Source of the DNA: an uncultured Acidobacteriota bacterium
Lineage (GTDB): Bacteria; Acidobacteriota; Thermoanaerobaculia; Multivoradales; UBA5704
Length of the DNA stretch: 64,000 nt
Assembly: GCA_963770895.1 (NCBI GenBank)
Contig: CAVYRF010000002.1
Location: 1,440,001-1,504,000, forward strand
Direction of reading: 5' to 3'
Shown here one piece after another: positions 30,426 through 40,856 of the stretch (within the stretch, counting starts at the first letter, position 1; every line of letters starts with the position of its first letter). The position numbers were made by a program, and so were the translations under genes. The notes below the pieces were generated by a model. That model was not told where the DNA came from. It ran no database searches and saw nothing but the letters and a program-made list of their open reading frames with translations.

Positions 30426-31764
30426 TCACCCCAGGCTGAGGTCCACCGCGGCCGGCGGCACGCCAAGGCGCCGGCGCAGCTCCTGCCGCAGGTCGCCGAT
30501 GAGAAAGATCGAGCCGCAGATCACCAGCACGTCGGCGCCAAGATCCAGGCCGCGGGACAGCGCCGCGGCCGGCTCCGGCTCGCTCCAGACGCGGCACGAT
30601 GGCGTGGTCCCCGCCATTTCCGCCAGGTCCGCCGCCGGCCGTGCGCGCTCACTGGGGGCGGTGGTGACGACCAGGTTGCGGGCGCAGGGGGCCAGATGGC
30701 GGAGCATCGCCGCGACATCCTTGTCGCCCAGCGCGCCGAAGATGAGATCGAGCGTGCATGCCGCCGGCAGCTCGCCGAGCAGCGCGGCCAGGACCTGGGC
30801 GCCCTCGGCATTATGGGCGGCGTCCAGCACCACCCGGCGCCCGGCGGGCAGGGCCACCACCTCGGCGCGTCCCGGCCAGCGGCAAGCGGCCGCTCCGGCC
30901 GCGATCGCGGCCCGGTCGAGCGCCGGAAAGCCGTTCTGCGCCAAGGTTTCGGCCGCCCTCACCGCGAGGCCCAGGTTGCGCGCCTGGTGGCGCCCCAGCA
31001 GGTGCAGCTGGTATTGCGCGCTGCCCGCCGGCGTCCGCAGCGTCAGCTCCTGCCCCTGCCAGGGTGCCAGCCGGCGGTCTTCCACGACCACCTGGTGATC
31101 GGCGGCGGCCCATGCGGCGCCGGCGGCTGCTGCCGCCTCGCCCAGCGCCGCCGCCGCCTCGGGAGCTTCCACCCACGACAGCGCCGGGCGGCCGCGGCGC
31201 AGGATGCCGGCCTTTTCGCGCGCGATCGCGGCCAGGGTGTCGCCCAACAGCTCGCGGTGCTCCAGGCTGATCGAAGTGATCAGCGAGAGCACCGGTTCGC
31301 ACAGGTTGGTGGCATCCAGACGCCCCCCAGGCCGACCTCCACCACCGCCAGGTCGACCTTCTCGGCCGCGAACCACAGGAAGGCCGCGGCGGTGAGGGCC
31401 TCGAAGTAGGTGGGCAGGTGGCCCAGGCGACCTTCGGCGCAGTCCACCACCTGGGTCAGCAGCTCCCCCAGCCGCTCGGCGGGCACGGCGCATCCGTCCA
31501 GGCGCAGACGCTCTTCGACCGATTCCAGGTGCGGCGAGGTGTACAGGGCGGTACGGTAGCCGGCGGCCTGGGCCATTGCCGCCAGCAGCGCCGAGGTGGA
31601 ACCCTTGCCGTTGCTGCCGGCGACCAGCACGGTCGGGTAGCGCAGCTGCGGCGCGCCGAGCGCGTCCAGCAGCCGCCGCGTGCTGTCCAGACCCAGCCGG
31701 ATGCCCAGCGTCTCCAGGCGGCCCAGGATCGCTGCTGTGGCGGCGGCGGACAGGGAGGCGGAGC

Positions 31765-31768
<4 letters not shown>
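30426..31768 (-). CDS. folC: Folylpolyglutamate/dihydrofolate synthase, split by a 1-nt frameshift at about 31325
   Basis: Frame 1: IRLGLD, VAGSNGKGST, YTSPHL, TYFE, VVEVGLGG. Frame 2: RLDATN, SLEH, EKAGI, WPGR, LDAAHN, GSIFLIG. Located downstream of accD as usual. Confidence 0.88.
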
Positions 31769-32610
<842 letters not shown>

Positions 32611-32742
32611 GGAGAAAGCGGCGCGCGGCAAGTTGCCCGGAGGTTGGGTCCTGACGAAAGCTCTGCAGGCCTCGGGGCCGCACGGTCGGATGCGCCGTGC
32701 TCGGCGCGCGCCGGGCGGCGCGCGACCGGACCCGGCCCCGGA

Positions 32743-32979
32743 TCACGCGCCGGCCGCTTCGTGCCCTTCTTCCGCTTCCAGGTCGTTGGCGATCCCCAGC
32801 CGCATACAGGCCGCATCGTACATCTGGCGGGAGGCCTTTTTGGCGTTCTGCAGCTCGGCGAGCCGATCCTTGACCTTCGCCAGCTCTTCCTCGATCAGCC
32901 GGTCGAGCTCTTCCATCTCCTGCTTGGTGACCGCCAGCGTGTTCTCATAAAACCGTCTTTGCTGATCGGAAAGGCTCAT
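32743..32979 (-). CDS. Small coiled-coil hypothetical protein (78 aa)
   Basis: GGGAGGAG SD; E/K/L/Q heptad-like sequence; ends MYDAACMRLGIANDLE. Confidence 0.75.
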   Translation of the reverse strand: MSLSDQQRRFYENTLAVTKQEMEELDRLIEEELAKVKDRLAELQNAKKASRQMYDAACMRLGIANDLEAEEGHEAAGA

Positions 32980-33054
32980 GATCTCCTCCCAATGGGTAAC
33001 GACTGCGGCAGGTCGGCAGTTGCCGATACCGCATCGGCGGCCGCCTAACGGCCG

Positions 33055-36000
33055 TCAGTGTTGAAGCTTGAAGGGAATGCGCAGGCGAGTCCACATCTTG
33101 ACCCGGACACCATCGCGGGTCGCCGGCTTGTAGCGAGCCTGTCGAGCCACTTGCAGCGCGGCCTCATTGATCCCCACATTCTGGCTGATCGGCTCCAACA
33201 GCTGGACGTCTTCGACATGTCCGTCCTCATCGACCAGGACGGACAGGACAACAACTCCCTCGATGCGGAGTTTCCTGGCGAGCGGAGGATACTCCGGATT
33301 CACCGTGCTGACAAGTTTGGGAGGTTCGGCCGCGGCCGCGCCGTGCGCGGCGGCGGCGCCGCGATCCGCGCCGGTGGTGGCGCCGGCCGCACCGGCCGAT
33401 CCCGCCGAGGCGGAACCGGCGGCGGCCGCATCGCCGGATTTTTCCTTGACGGCCGCGGGCGGCGGCACCGGGGCGGCGACGGCCGCCGGCGGGGACGAGG
33501 CGGGCGGCGGAGCCGGCACCGGGGTGGCGCGCTGATCGGCCGCCGGCTGGTGCGCGGGTTCGGCCGCCGGCGGCGACGGCGCGGCGACGGCGGCGGTGGG
33601 CACCGTGTTGGCGGCGGGAGCGGTCTTGGCGGCGGCGGATCCGGCGCCGCCGTTCTTGGCCTTGCTCTTGTCCAGCTCCTGCTGCAAGAGTTTTTGCTGC
33701 GCCTCGAACTTCTGCTTGAGCGCCTCTTCGCGGCGCGCGAGCTCCTGGCCGACCAGCCCTTCGACGTCCACCTTGGGTGCCTCCGCGGCGGTGCCGGGCG
33801 CCGCGCCGGACCCGGCCGCCCCAGGCGCCCCCGTCTGCGCATGGGTCGGCGGCGGCACCGGCGCCGGCGCCGGTGCCGCGGCGTTGTGCCGGTGCACCAG
33901 GTAGGCTACCAGCGCGATCACCAGCGCCGCGACCGCCACCACCAGCAGCAACCTGCGGCGCGGCGCGCCCTCTTCGCTACGCACCTCGCCCAGCGCCGCC
34001 AGCGGCGCCACGTCCTGCGCCGCGGCGCCGCCATCGGCGGCCCCGGCAGGGAGAACGGCGGCGGCCTGGGGCGGCGCGCCGGCCGCCGCCCCTCCGATCG
34101 ATTGCGGCGCGCCAGCCGTAGCCCCTCCGATCGATTGCGGCGCGCCAGCCGTAGCCCCGCCGATCGATTGCGGCGCACCAGCCGCCGCCCCCGCGATCGA
34201 CGGCACAGCGCCGGCCGCCGCCCCGGTGTACGACGGCGACGCCGCGGGGGACGGCGTGCCAGCCGCCGCCGCGGCGATGCCGGCCGCGGCAGCGGCGGCC
34301 AGCGGGGCGGCGTGCGAACCCGGCGGTGCCGGCGGATGAGCCGCCGCGGCATGAGGCGGCGGCAGCGTCGTCCCTCCGGTGCTTGCCGGGAAAGCCGGGG
34401 CCGCCGGAACGGCCGCGGCAAGGCCCGCCGCCGCGGCAGCCAGGTCCGGCGCCGACGGCGCACCCAGGCCGGCCGGCCGCTCCAGCCGGGTCGTCGCCGC
34501 GCCGGGCACCGCGAAGACCCGCCGGATGTACGCCGCCAGGTCGCCGTGGCTGGGCGACGGCTTGAGCGCGTGCAGGACGGTTTCCAGGCGCTGCTCGAAT
34601 TCGTGGGCGGACTGGAAGCGGTCTTCGGGCCGGCCGCTCAGGGCGCGCATGACGATCTCGTCGATCTCGCGCGGGATGGTGGGATCGACCTGGCGGGGCG
34701 AACGCACCTTCACCTGGCGCACCGATTCGAGCACCGACATTTCGGAGTCGCCGTCGAACAGCCGTTCGCCGGTGAGCATTTCGAACAGCACCGTGGCGAG
34801 CGAGAAGATGTCGGACCGCGCATCGACCAGGGTGCCCCGCGCCTGCTCCGGCGACATGTACTGGAGCTTTCCCTTGAGCGCCCCCATCTGCGTCTGCCCG
34901 GCCTTCGAAACCGCCTTGGCGATGCCGAAGTCGCACAGCTTCACGTCGCCGTCAAACGAGATCAGGACGTTTTGCGGCGACACGTCGCGATGCACCAGGT
35001 CCATCTCACGCCCTTCGAAGTCGCGCTTGCGATGGGCGTAGTCCAGGGCGCTCGCCAGGCGCACCGCGATCAGCAGGGCCAGGCCGAGCGGCAGCGGCGC
35101 GCCGCGCTGGCGGCCGGCGTTGAGCAGCGAGCGGAGGTCCTTGCCCTCCACGTATTCCATCGCGATGTAGAAATGCGAGCCGATCTTGCCCAGGTCGTAG
35201 ATATGGATGATGTTGGGATGGCTGAGCTGCGCCGCGAGCTTGGCTTCGTCGATGAACATGCCGACAAAATCGGCGTTGTCCGACATGTACGGCAGGATCT
35301 TCTTGATCGCGACCGTCTTCTGAAATCCCTCGACGCCGCGCATGCGGGCCTTCCACACCTCCGCCATGCCGCCGACGGCAATGCGCTCCATCAGCGTGTA
35401 TTGGCCGAACGGCTCTCCCGGCGGCGGCGGCGTCCCTTCGCGCGGCACCATCTGGATGCGCTGCGTGGCCGCGGCGCTTTCCGGCATGACACTGGGGCCG
35501 GCGCCGCCGCCGGTGGGAGGAGCCGGGCGCAAAGGGATCGCCGGCGGGGCGGGCGCGGCCGGCGCTGGCGACCCCGCCGCCGATCCCGGCAGGCCCGGCG
35601 ACGACCCGGCGGCGGCGACCCCGGGCCGCGAGGCCGCATCCGGCTTGCGACGGGTGCGCGCCAGGTCTTCGAGCTGCGACAGGTCGAGCTCGCCGGTGAA
35701 CCGGCGGCGCGCACCGGTACCGCTGCCGGTGCCGTCGGTCACCGAGGCACCGGAGCCGGCAGGCTGGGGAGGTGGCGACGCCGCGCCCGGACCGGCGGCG
35801 GCTGTCGGCGCCAGCCCTGACGCCGGGGGGCGCGGGCCGGACGCCGGCGCCGACGATGGCGCGGCAGCGGGCGGCGCCAGCGCCGGAGCGGCGAAGAAAC
35901 CGGTCAGGGAGCCGGAGCGAGGTGCGGCCGCAGCGGCCGGGCCGGCGGCCGCCGCACCCGCCCCGGGCGCGGCAGCCACGCCGGCCAACGGAGAGACGCC

Positions 36001-36906
36001 GGAAGGCATGGCCGCGGACGGCGACGCGGACAGTCCAGCCACGGCAGGCGGCGCGGACGAGCCAGCCGCGGACGGCGGCGCGGCGGCAGGCGGAGCGCTG
36101 GCCGCGGCACCGGCGGCGCCGGCGGCTGTCGCGGCCGCGGCGGCGACCGCGGCGGCCGGGCGCGGGGACGGCGCCTTGGGCCGCGCCGCCAGCTCGGACA
36201 GCGTCTTGCTCAACATCGCTTCGATCTCGTCGGTGCCGGCGCCCTCGGGGCGGCGCGGCGGCGCTACCGCGGCCGGCCGCCGCGGCTCGGTGCTGAGCAT
36301 GCCGGAAAGGGTTTTTTCCAGCTTGCGCTGGAGGTCTTCGTCGGCGCGCGCGGCGGCGCGGTTGGCGGCGGGGGAAGCGGCGCCTGGACCCCCGGGAGCC
36401 GCCGCGGTCGGCGCGCCGGGCGGCACCTGCGGCGACCGCGGGGCGGGCGGTGCGCCGGGAGGAAACGGAGTGCGCCCTCCCAGCTGCTGCTCGACTTCCG
36501 CCAGCACGTCGCCAAAAATGTCGTGCGAGGTGAGCCGCAGCGGCGGCGCGCCGGGCGCCGCACCCCTGGGCGCCGCCAGCATGCGACGCACCGCACCCAC
36601 CAGGTCCTGGTCCGCGAACGGCAGGCGCAGTCGATCGTCACCCAGCGCCGTGCCGGCAGCGGCACCCTCGGGCAGCACCACCACCACTCCCGGGCCGCCG
36701 GCGCCCCGCCGAAACGCATTGGCGACCTCTTCCGCACCGGGCACCTCCGTGCCGGTGAGCACCAGGTCGGGCCGCTCCGCCGCCACCGCCGCGAGCGCCT
36801 GCGCACGGTCCTGGGCGAACCGGACGCGCCAACCTTCCGCGCTCAACACCCGGTGGTATCGCTCCAAGGAGCGCTGCTCTTGCCCGACGACCAGGATCGA
36901 GGCCAT
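33055..36906 (-). CDS. Receiver-like/Ser-Thr kinase/TM/TonB C-terminal domain fusion protein
   Basis: N-terminal degenerate receiver; kinase GGMAEV, VAIKK, HRDVSPQN, DFG, YMSPEQ; TM LLLVVAVAALVIALVAYLV; TonB-C PEYPPLARKLRIEGVVVLSVLVDEDG. Confidence 0.88.
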   Translation of the reverse strand: MASILVVGQEQRSLERYHRVLSAEGWRVRFAQDRAQALAAVAAERPDLVLTGTEVPGAEEVANAFRRGAGGPGVVVVLPEGAAAGTALGDDRLRLPFADQDLVGAVRRMLAAPRGAAPGAPPLRLTSHDIFGDVLAEVEQQLGGRTPFPPGAPPAPRSPQVPPGAPTAAAPGGPGAASPAANRAAARADEDLQRKLEKTLSGMLSTEPRRPAAVAPPRRPEGAGTDEIEAMLSKTLSELAARPKAPSPRPAAAVAAAAATAAGAAGAAASAPPAAAPPSAAGSSAPPAVAGLSASPSAAMPSGVSPLAGVAAAPGAGAAAAGPAAAAAPRSGSLTGFFAAPALAPPAAAPSSAPASGPRPPASGLAPTAAAGPGAASPPPQPAGSGASVTDGTGSGTGARRRFTGELDLSQLEDLARTRRKPDAASRPGVAAAGSSPGLPGSAAGSPAPAAPAPPAIPLRPAPPTGGGAGPSVMPESAAATQRIQMVPREGTPPPPGEPFGQYTLMERIAVGGMAEVWKARMRGVEGFQKTVAIKKILPYMSDNADFVGMFIDEAKLAAQLSHPNIIHIYDLGKIGSHFYIAMEYVEGKDLRSLLNAGRQRGAPLPLGLALLIAVRLASALDYAHRKRDFEGREMDLVHRDVSPQNVLISFDGDVKLCDFGIAKAVSKAGQTQMGALKGKLQYMSPEQARGTLVDARSDIFSLATVLFEMLTGERLFDGDSEMSVLESVRQVKVRSPRQVDPTIPREIDEIVMRALSGRPEDRFQSAHEFEQRLETVLHALKPSPSHGDLAAYIRRVFAVPGAATTRLERPAGLGAPSAPDLAAAAAGLAAAVPAAPAFPASTGGTTLPPPHAAAAHPPAPPGSHAAPLAAAAAAGIAAAAAGTPSPAASPSYTGAAAGAVPSIAGAAAGAPQSIGGATAGAPQSIGGATAGAPQSIGGAAAGAPPQAAAVLPAGAADGGAAAQDVAPLAALGEVRSEEGAPRRRLLLVVAVAALVIALVAYLVHRHNAAAPAPAPVPPPTHAQTGAPGAAGSGAAPGTAAEAPKVDVEGLVGQELARREEALKQKFEAQQKLLQQELDKSKAKNGGAGSAAAKTAPAANTVPTAAVAAPSPPAAEPAHQPAADQRATPVPAPPPASSPPAAVAAPVPPPAAVKEKSGDAAAAGSASAGSAGAAGATTGADRGAAAAHGAAAAEPPKLVSTVNPEYPPLARKLRIEGVVVLSVLVDEDGHVEDVQLLEPISQNVGINEAALQVARQARYKPATRDGVRVKMWTRLRIPFKLQH
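34088..34200. repeat. 33-bp coding tandem repeat (about 3.5 copies) encoding GAPQSIGGATA
   Basis: Unit gcccctccgatcgattgcggcgcgccagccgta repeated with few changes, inside the kinase linker. Confidence 0.85.
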
Positions 36907-37131
36907 ACTGGAAATCTCCAGAGAGAAGGTACAGCAAGCCTTTCTAACATTCCGTCCCGCCCTCGTCAATCGCGACGCCATCGAAAGATGCTGATTTTTG
37001 AGGGCTTTAACCTTGCGCCGGGCACGCGTCGCGAGCCCTGGCCGGGCGGGGCCGGCCTCCTGTACGATGGGGGCGGCTGCCAGAGGCCGCCCTCACGATT
37101 CGCCGCCACGATTTAGAAGGAGCGCCGTGCG

Positions 37132-37905
37132 ATGTCAGGCCACAGCAAATGGAGCACGATCAAGCACCGCAAGGCGGCCACCGACGCCAAGCGCGGCAAG
37201 CTGTTCAACAAGCTGCTGCGCGAGATCACGGTGGCGGCGCGCACCGGCGGCGGCGACCCCAAGGGCAATGCCCGCCTGCGCACGGCGCTGGTCGAAGCGC
37301 GCTCCAACAGCGTCCCCGGCGACACCATCGACCGCGCGGTCAAGAAAGGCACCGGCGAGCTCGAAGGCGCGTCGTACGAAGAGGTCATCTACAAAGGGTA
37401 TGGGCCGGGCGGCATCGCGGTCCTGGTCGAAGGCTTGACCGACAACCGCAACCGCACCGCCGCCGAGATCCGCCACATGTTCACCCGCCACGGCGGCAAC
37501 CTGGGAGAAAGCGGCAGCGTCACCTGGATGTTCGCCCGCCGCGGCTATTTCGCCATCGAACGCGGCGCCATGGACGAAGACAAATTCATGGAGCTGGCGC
37601 TGGAGCTGGGCGCCGACGACGTCGCCACCGAGCCGGACGTCTACGAGATCTATACCCCCATGGAGGATTTCGCGGCTGTCCAGGAGGAGCTGGAAAAGCG
37701 CGGCGTGCAGCTCGCCGCCAAGCAGCTGGCGATGGTGCCGCAGACCTACATGGCACTGCCGGCGGACCGCGTGGCGCAGCTGCTGCGCCTGGCGGAGGCG
37801 CTGGAAGATCACGACGACGTGCAAAACGTCTGGCTCAACCTCGACGCCAGCTCGATCCCCTCCCCCGGCTCCGACAACGACAAGATGGCGACCGCTCAAT
37901 CCTGA
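37132..37905 (+). CDS. yebC: YebC/PmpR family protein
   Basis: MSGHSKWSTIKHRK, GYGPGG, TDNRNRT, GSVTWMF, LEDHDDVQNV. Confidence 0.96.
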   Translation: MSGHSKWSTIKHRKAATDAKRGKLFNKLLREITVAARTGGGDPKGNARLRTALVEARSNSVPGDTIDRAVKKGTGELEGASYEEVIYKGYGPGGIAVLVEGLTDNRNRTAAEIRHMFTRHGGNLGESGSVTWMFARRGYFAIERGAMDEDKFMELALELGADDVATEPDVYEIYTPMEDFAAVQEELEKRGVQLAAKQLAMVPQTYMALPADRVAQLLRLAEALEDHDDVQNVWLNLDASSIPSPGSDNDKMATAQS

Positions 37906-37935
37906 GCCGCCGCCCCCGCCCCGCCGCAGCCGCCG

Positions 37936-38487
37936 TTGCTCATCCTCGGTTTAGATCCTGGCAGCCTCCACACCGGCTTCGCGGTGGTCGAACGCCACGG
38001 CTCCGCGGTGCAGATGATCGACGCCGGGCGCTTCTCGTGCCCGCGCGCCCAGGCCCTGCCGGAGCGCTTGGCGTTCCTGACGGCGGCGCTCGCCGATCTG
38101 CTGGCGCGGCACCCGCCCGACCTGGCGGCGCTGGAAACCCCCTTCGGCGGCATCAACACCCGCTCGCTCATCGTCCTGGCGCAGGCGCGCGGCGCGCTCG
38201 TCGCCGTGCTGGCCGGCCGCGGCGTGCCGATCATGCAGTACAGTCCCGCCGAGGTGAAATCGGCGGTGACCGGCAGCGGCCGGGCCGACAAGACGCAGGT
38301 GGCGCGGATGGTCAGCCTGCTGCTGGGCCGCACCGGCAGCCAGGCGTTGCGGCTGCCCGCGGACGCCACCGACGCCCTGGCCATGGCGCTGTGCTGCGCG
38401 CAGCGCCTGCGCCTCGACCGGCTGAGCGCCGCGGCGCCCCGGTCGGGATCCCCGCGCTCCCCCGGGTCGTCGCGCTCGTCAGGCTGA
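37936..38487 (+). CDS. ruvC: Holliday junction resolvase RuvC
   Basis: ILGLDPG...LAQARG...YSPAEVKSAVTGSGRADKTQV...DATDALA. Confidence 0.94.
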   Translation: MLILGLDPGSLHTGFAVVERHGSAVQMIDAGRFSCPRAQALPERLAFLTAALADLLARHPPDLAALETPFGGINTRSLIVLAQARGALVAVLAGRGVPIMQYSPAEVKSAVTGSGRADKTQVARMVSLLLGRTGSQALRLPADATDALAMALCCAQRLRLDRLSAAAPRSGSPRSPGSSRSSG

Positions 38488-38529
38488 CCCGGCACTTGTG
38501 CTACCATCAACCACTGCTCGAAAAAGCTC

Positions 38530-39360
38530 ATGGCATTCCAAGGTTCTCTCAAGGAGCTACCCCTTCCTGACATCATTCAGCTGGTTTCCGTATCAGGCAA
38601 GACCGGTGTCTTCAACCTGCAACGGAATGCTGATGCGTCGGGCGAGATCTACCTGCGCGGCGGCCAGATCGTCCACGCCCACGTCGGCGACTTGACCGGC
38701 GAAGAAGCGGTCTACGAGCTCGCCATCTGGCCCGAAGGGGAGTTCGTCTTCACTCCCGGCCAGGAAACCGCGCTGACCACCATCCAGAAGTCCAACACCA
38801 ACCTGCTGATGGAGGCCGCCCGCCGCATCGACGAATGGCAGGTGCTGTCCAAGCGCATCCCCTCGACCCGCCTGGTGCCGGTGTTCACCAACCAGGCGGC
38901 GACCACCTCCGTCTCGCTGACGCCGCAGGAATGGGCGCTGATCTGCAAGATCGACGAGCGGCGCTCGATCGAAGAGGTGGCGGTCGGTCTCGACATGAGC
39001 GCGTTCGAAGCCTGCAAGCTGCTCTACGGGCTGATCACCTCGGGCCTGGTGGGCCTGCGCGAAGACCTCAGCCGCCTGCGCACCGAGCGGCTGCACAATC
39101 TCAGTCCCCAGCAGCTCGGCACCCTTGCCGAGGCGATCGATCAGCAGGCGCGCACGCTGCTGTCGGGTCACTACCGGCAGGCTGAGCTGGACGTCCACTT
39201 CCGCATGAGCAAGGCGGAGATGGACGGCGGCCGCGGCGTCGAAGCGGTGCTCGACCTGGTGCGCTCCGAAGAAAAAGTCGTCTCCACCGCGCTCGGCCCG
39301 CACCAGAGCAAGACCTTCCTCGATCGCGTGTCACAGCTGCTGGAACGTACGGTTGCCTGA
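38530..39360 (+). CDS. DUF4388-domain protein
   Basis: MAFQGSLKELPLPDIIQLVSVSGKTG...GEIYLRGGQIVHA...WPEGEFVF...LLMEAARRIDEW; extended -10 TGCTACCAT upstream. Confidence 0.82.
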   Translation: MAFQGSLKELPLPDIIQLVSVSGKTGVFNLQRNADASGEIYLRGGQIVHAHVGDLTGEEAVYELAIWPEGEFVFTPGQETALTTIQKSNTNLLMEAARRIDEWQVLSKRIPSTRLVPVFTNQAATTSVSLTPQEWALICKIDERRSIEEVAVGLDMSAFEACKLLYGLITSGLVGLREDLSRLRTERLHNLSPQQLGTLAEAIDQQARTLLSGHYRQAELDVHFRMSKAEMDGGRGVEAVLDLVRSEEKVVSTALGPHQSKTFLDRVSQLLERTVA

Positions 39361-39377
39361 CGGCAGGCGTCCGCTGC

Positions 39378-40751
39378 ATGTGCGCTCGCCCTCACCCGAG
39401 CCCCGCAAGGCTCCTGGCGTCAGCGGTGACGGTGGCCTGCGCCTGCGCTTGTGCCCTGGCCCCCAGCCGCGCCGGCGCCTGGCCGCTGCCGTCGCCGGGC
39501 GTCTTCGCCGACCAGACCGCGCCGGGCGGTGACGCCGCCAACCCGCCGGCGGCCAATCCCCCGGCAGCCAACCCGCCGGCCGCCAACCAGCCGCCGGTCG
39601 CGCCGCCGCAGCCACCGGTGCCGCCGCCTCCTCCCACCCCGGCGGCGGCGGCGGGCGAAGGGGACAGCGGCGACGAGAGCACCGAAGGCGAGCGGCCGAT
39701 CGACCGCCTGCTGCCCGAGCTGGTCCTGCTGGTGCCCGAAGACGCTTTGGACCTAAAGGTCAGCCGGCTGATCAACAAGGTCCTGTTCGAAGGGGAGGTG
39801 CGGTACGCCTTCGTCACCGGCGACATCACCGCCTTCCTGCGCTATCGCTACTATGGACCGACGCGGACGACGCAGGTCGAAGTGTTCGACCAGATCAACT
39901 TCGGCCACCTCGGCCTGCAGGCGGACTTCCAGCGTACGCGCGGCCTGCTCGCCTTCGAAGAGTGGCCGCACAGCTACGGCTTTCGCACCTTCGCGCTGGA
40001 AGAAGTGGATCGCATCAGCTCCAACCAGCAGGCATTCCTTACAACCAACAACCTGACCAATACCTTCGTCCGCCTGGGCGGGCAGCTCGGCTCCCCCGGC
40101 GACAACCGCACCCAGGCCATCGTCGGCGATACGCGCGCCTACGTCCCCAACATCTTTACCGCGGTGCGGGAGATCGGCCCCAACCAGTTCTCGTTCACCG
40201 GCGCGGTCAGCTACGGCTTTCCGCTTGGTAATTTCAACTACGTCAAGGTGGAATCGGAGGCGCTCAAGCGCTTCGACCTGACCGACAGCATTTTCCTGGT
40301 CGGCCGCCTCCACCAGGGCAGCTTCGTCTTCGATCACGTGGTCAACAGCGCCGCGCTCGACCCCGAAGATCGCTTCTCTGTGCCGATCAATGAGCTGTTT
40401 ACCGTTGGCGGAGCTGACAATCTGAAGAGCATCAGCAGCAATTTGATTGGCACCCAGGAGCTGCACAACACGTGGGAGCTCTTCTTCCCCTGGTTTATCG
40501 GCGAGCACCACCCCATCTTCGACACCGACTGGCAGAGCTGGTACTGGATCCTCTACTCCGGCTGGGGGACGCTCGGCGACGACTCCTCCACCTATACCAA
40601 CTTCTCCAACTACATCGTGGACACCGGCTTGGGCTTCGAAGCCGCGGTGCGCCTGTGGCGCTACCGCTTTTTCGTGTCCGGAGTCGTGGCACGACCCTTG
40701 AAAGGAGGAGAGCACGTGGAGGCGCGGCTGTCGATCCGGTCGTACCGCTGA
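39378..40751 (+). CDS. Putative outer-membrane beta-barrel protein (Omp85/TamA-like C-terminus) with Pro-rich N-terminus
   Basis: Signal-like N-terminus, alternating aromatic beta strands, FTVGGADNLKS loop, DTGLGFE. Start uncertain. Confidence 0.55.
   Translation: MCARPHPSPARLLASAVTVACACACALAPSRAGAWPLPSPGVFADQTAPGGDAANPPAANPPAANPPAANQPPVAPPQPPVPPPPPTPAAAAGEGDSGDESTEGERPIDRLLPELVLLVPEDALDLKVSRLINKVLFEGEVRYAFVTGDITAFLRYRYYGPTRTTQVEVFDQINFGHLGLQADFQRTRGLLAFEEWPHSYGFRTFALEEVDRISSNQQAFLTTNNLTNTFVRLGGQLGSPGDNRTQAIVGDTRAYVPNIFTAVREIGPNQFSFTGAVSYGFPLGNFNYVKVESEALKRFDLTDSIFLVGRLHQGSFVFDHVVNSAALDPEDRFSVPINELFTVGGADNLKSISSNLIGTQELHNTWELFFPWFIGEHHPIFDTDWQSWYWILYSGWGTLGDDSSTYTNFSNYIVDTGLGFEAAVRLWRYRFFVSGVVARPLKGGEHVEARLSIRSYR
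39534..39593. repeat. 15-bp coding repeat x4 (AANPP)
   Basis: gccgccaacccgccg / gcggccaatcccccg / gcagccaacccgccg / gccgccaaccagccg. Confidence 0.75.
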
Positions 40752-40856
40752 CTTTGTTGCGGTTGGGAAGATCGGCTGTGCCAGCGCCTTCCGCTATACT
40801 TTAGTGAGGCGTTACGAGGGTTTGACATGCCCTTGTATATAGCCGGAGGAGAGAGA

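Noticed and set aside
34088-34200. 33-bp repeats as a CRISPR array
   Set aside because: Tandem without spacers, in frame within a CDS, and no cas genes.
37936-38487. RuvC-fold nuclease as a transposase or Cas/TnpB effector
   Set aside because: It is a canonical short RuvC resolvase in the usual yebC-ruvC context.
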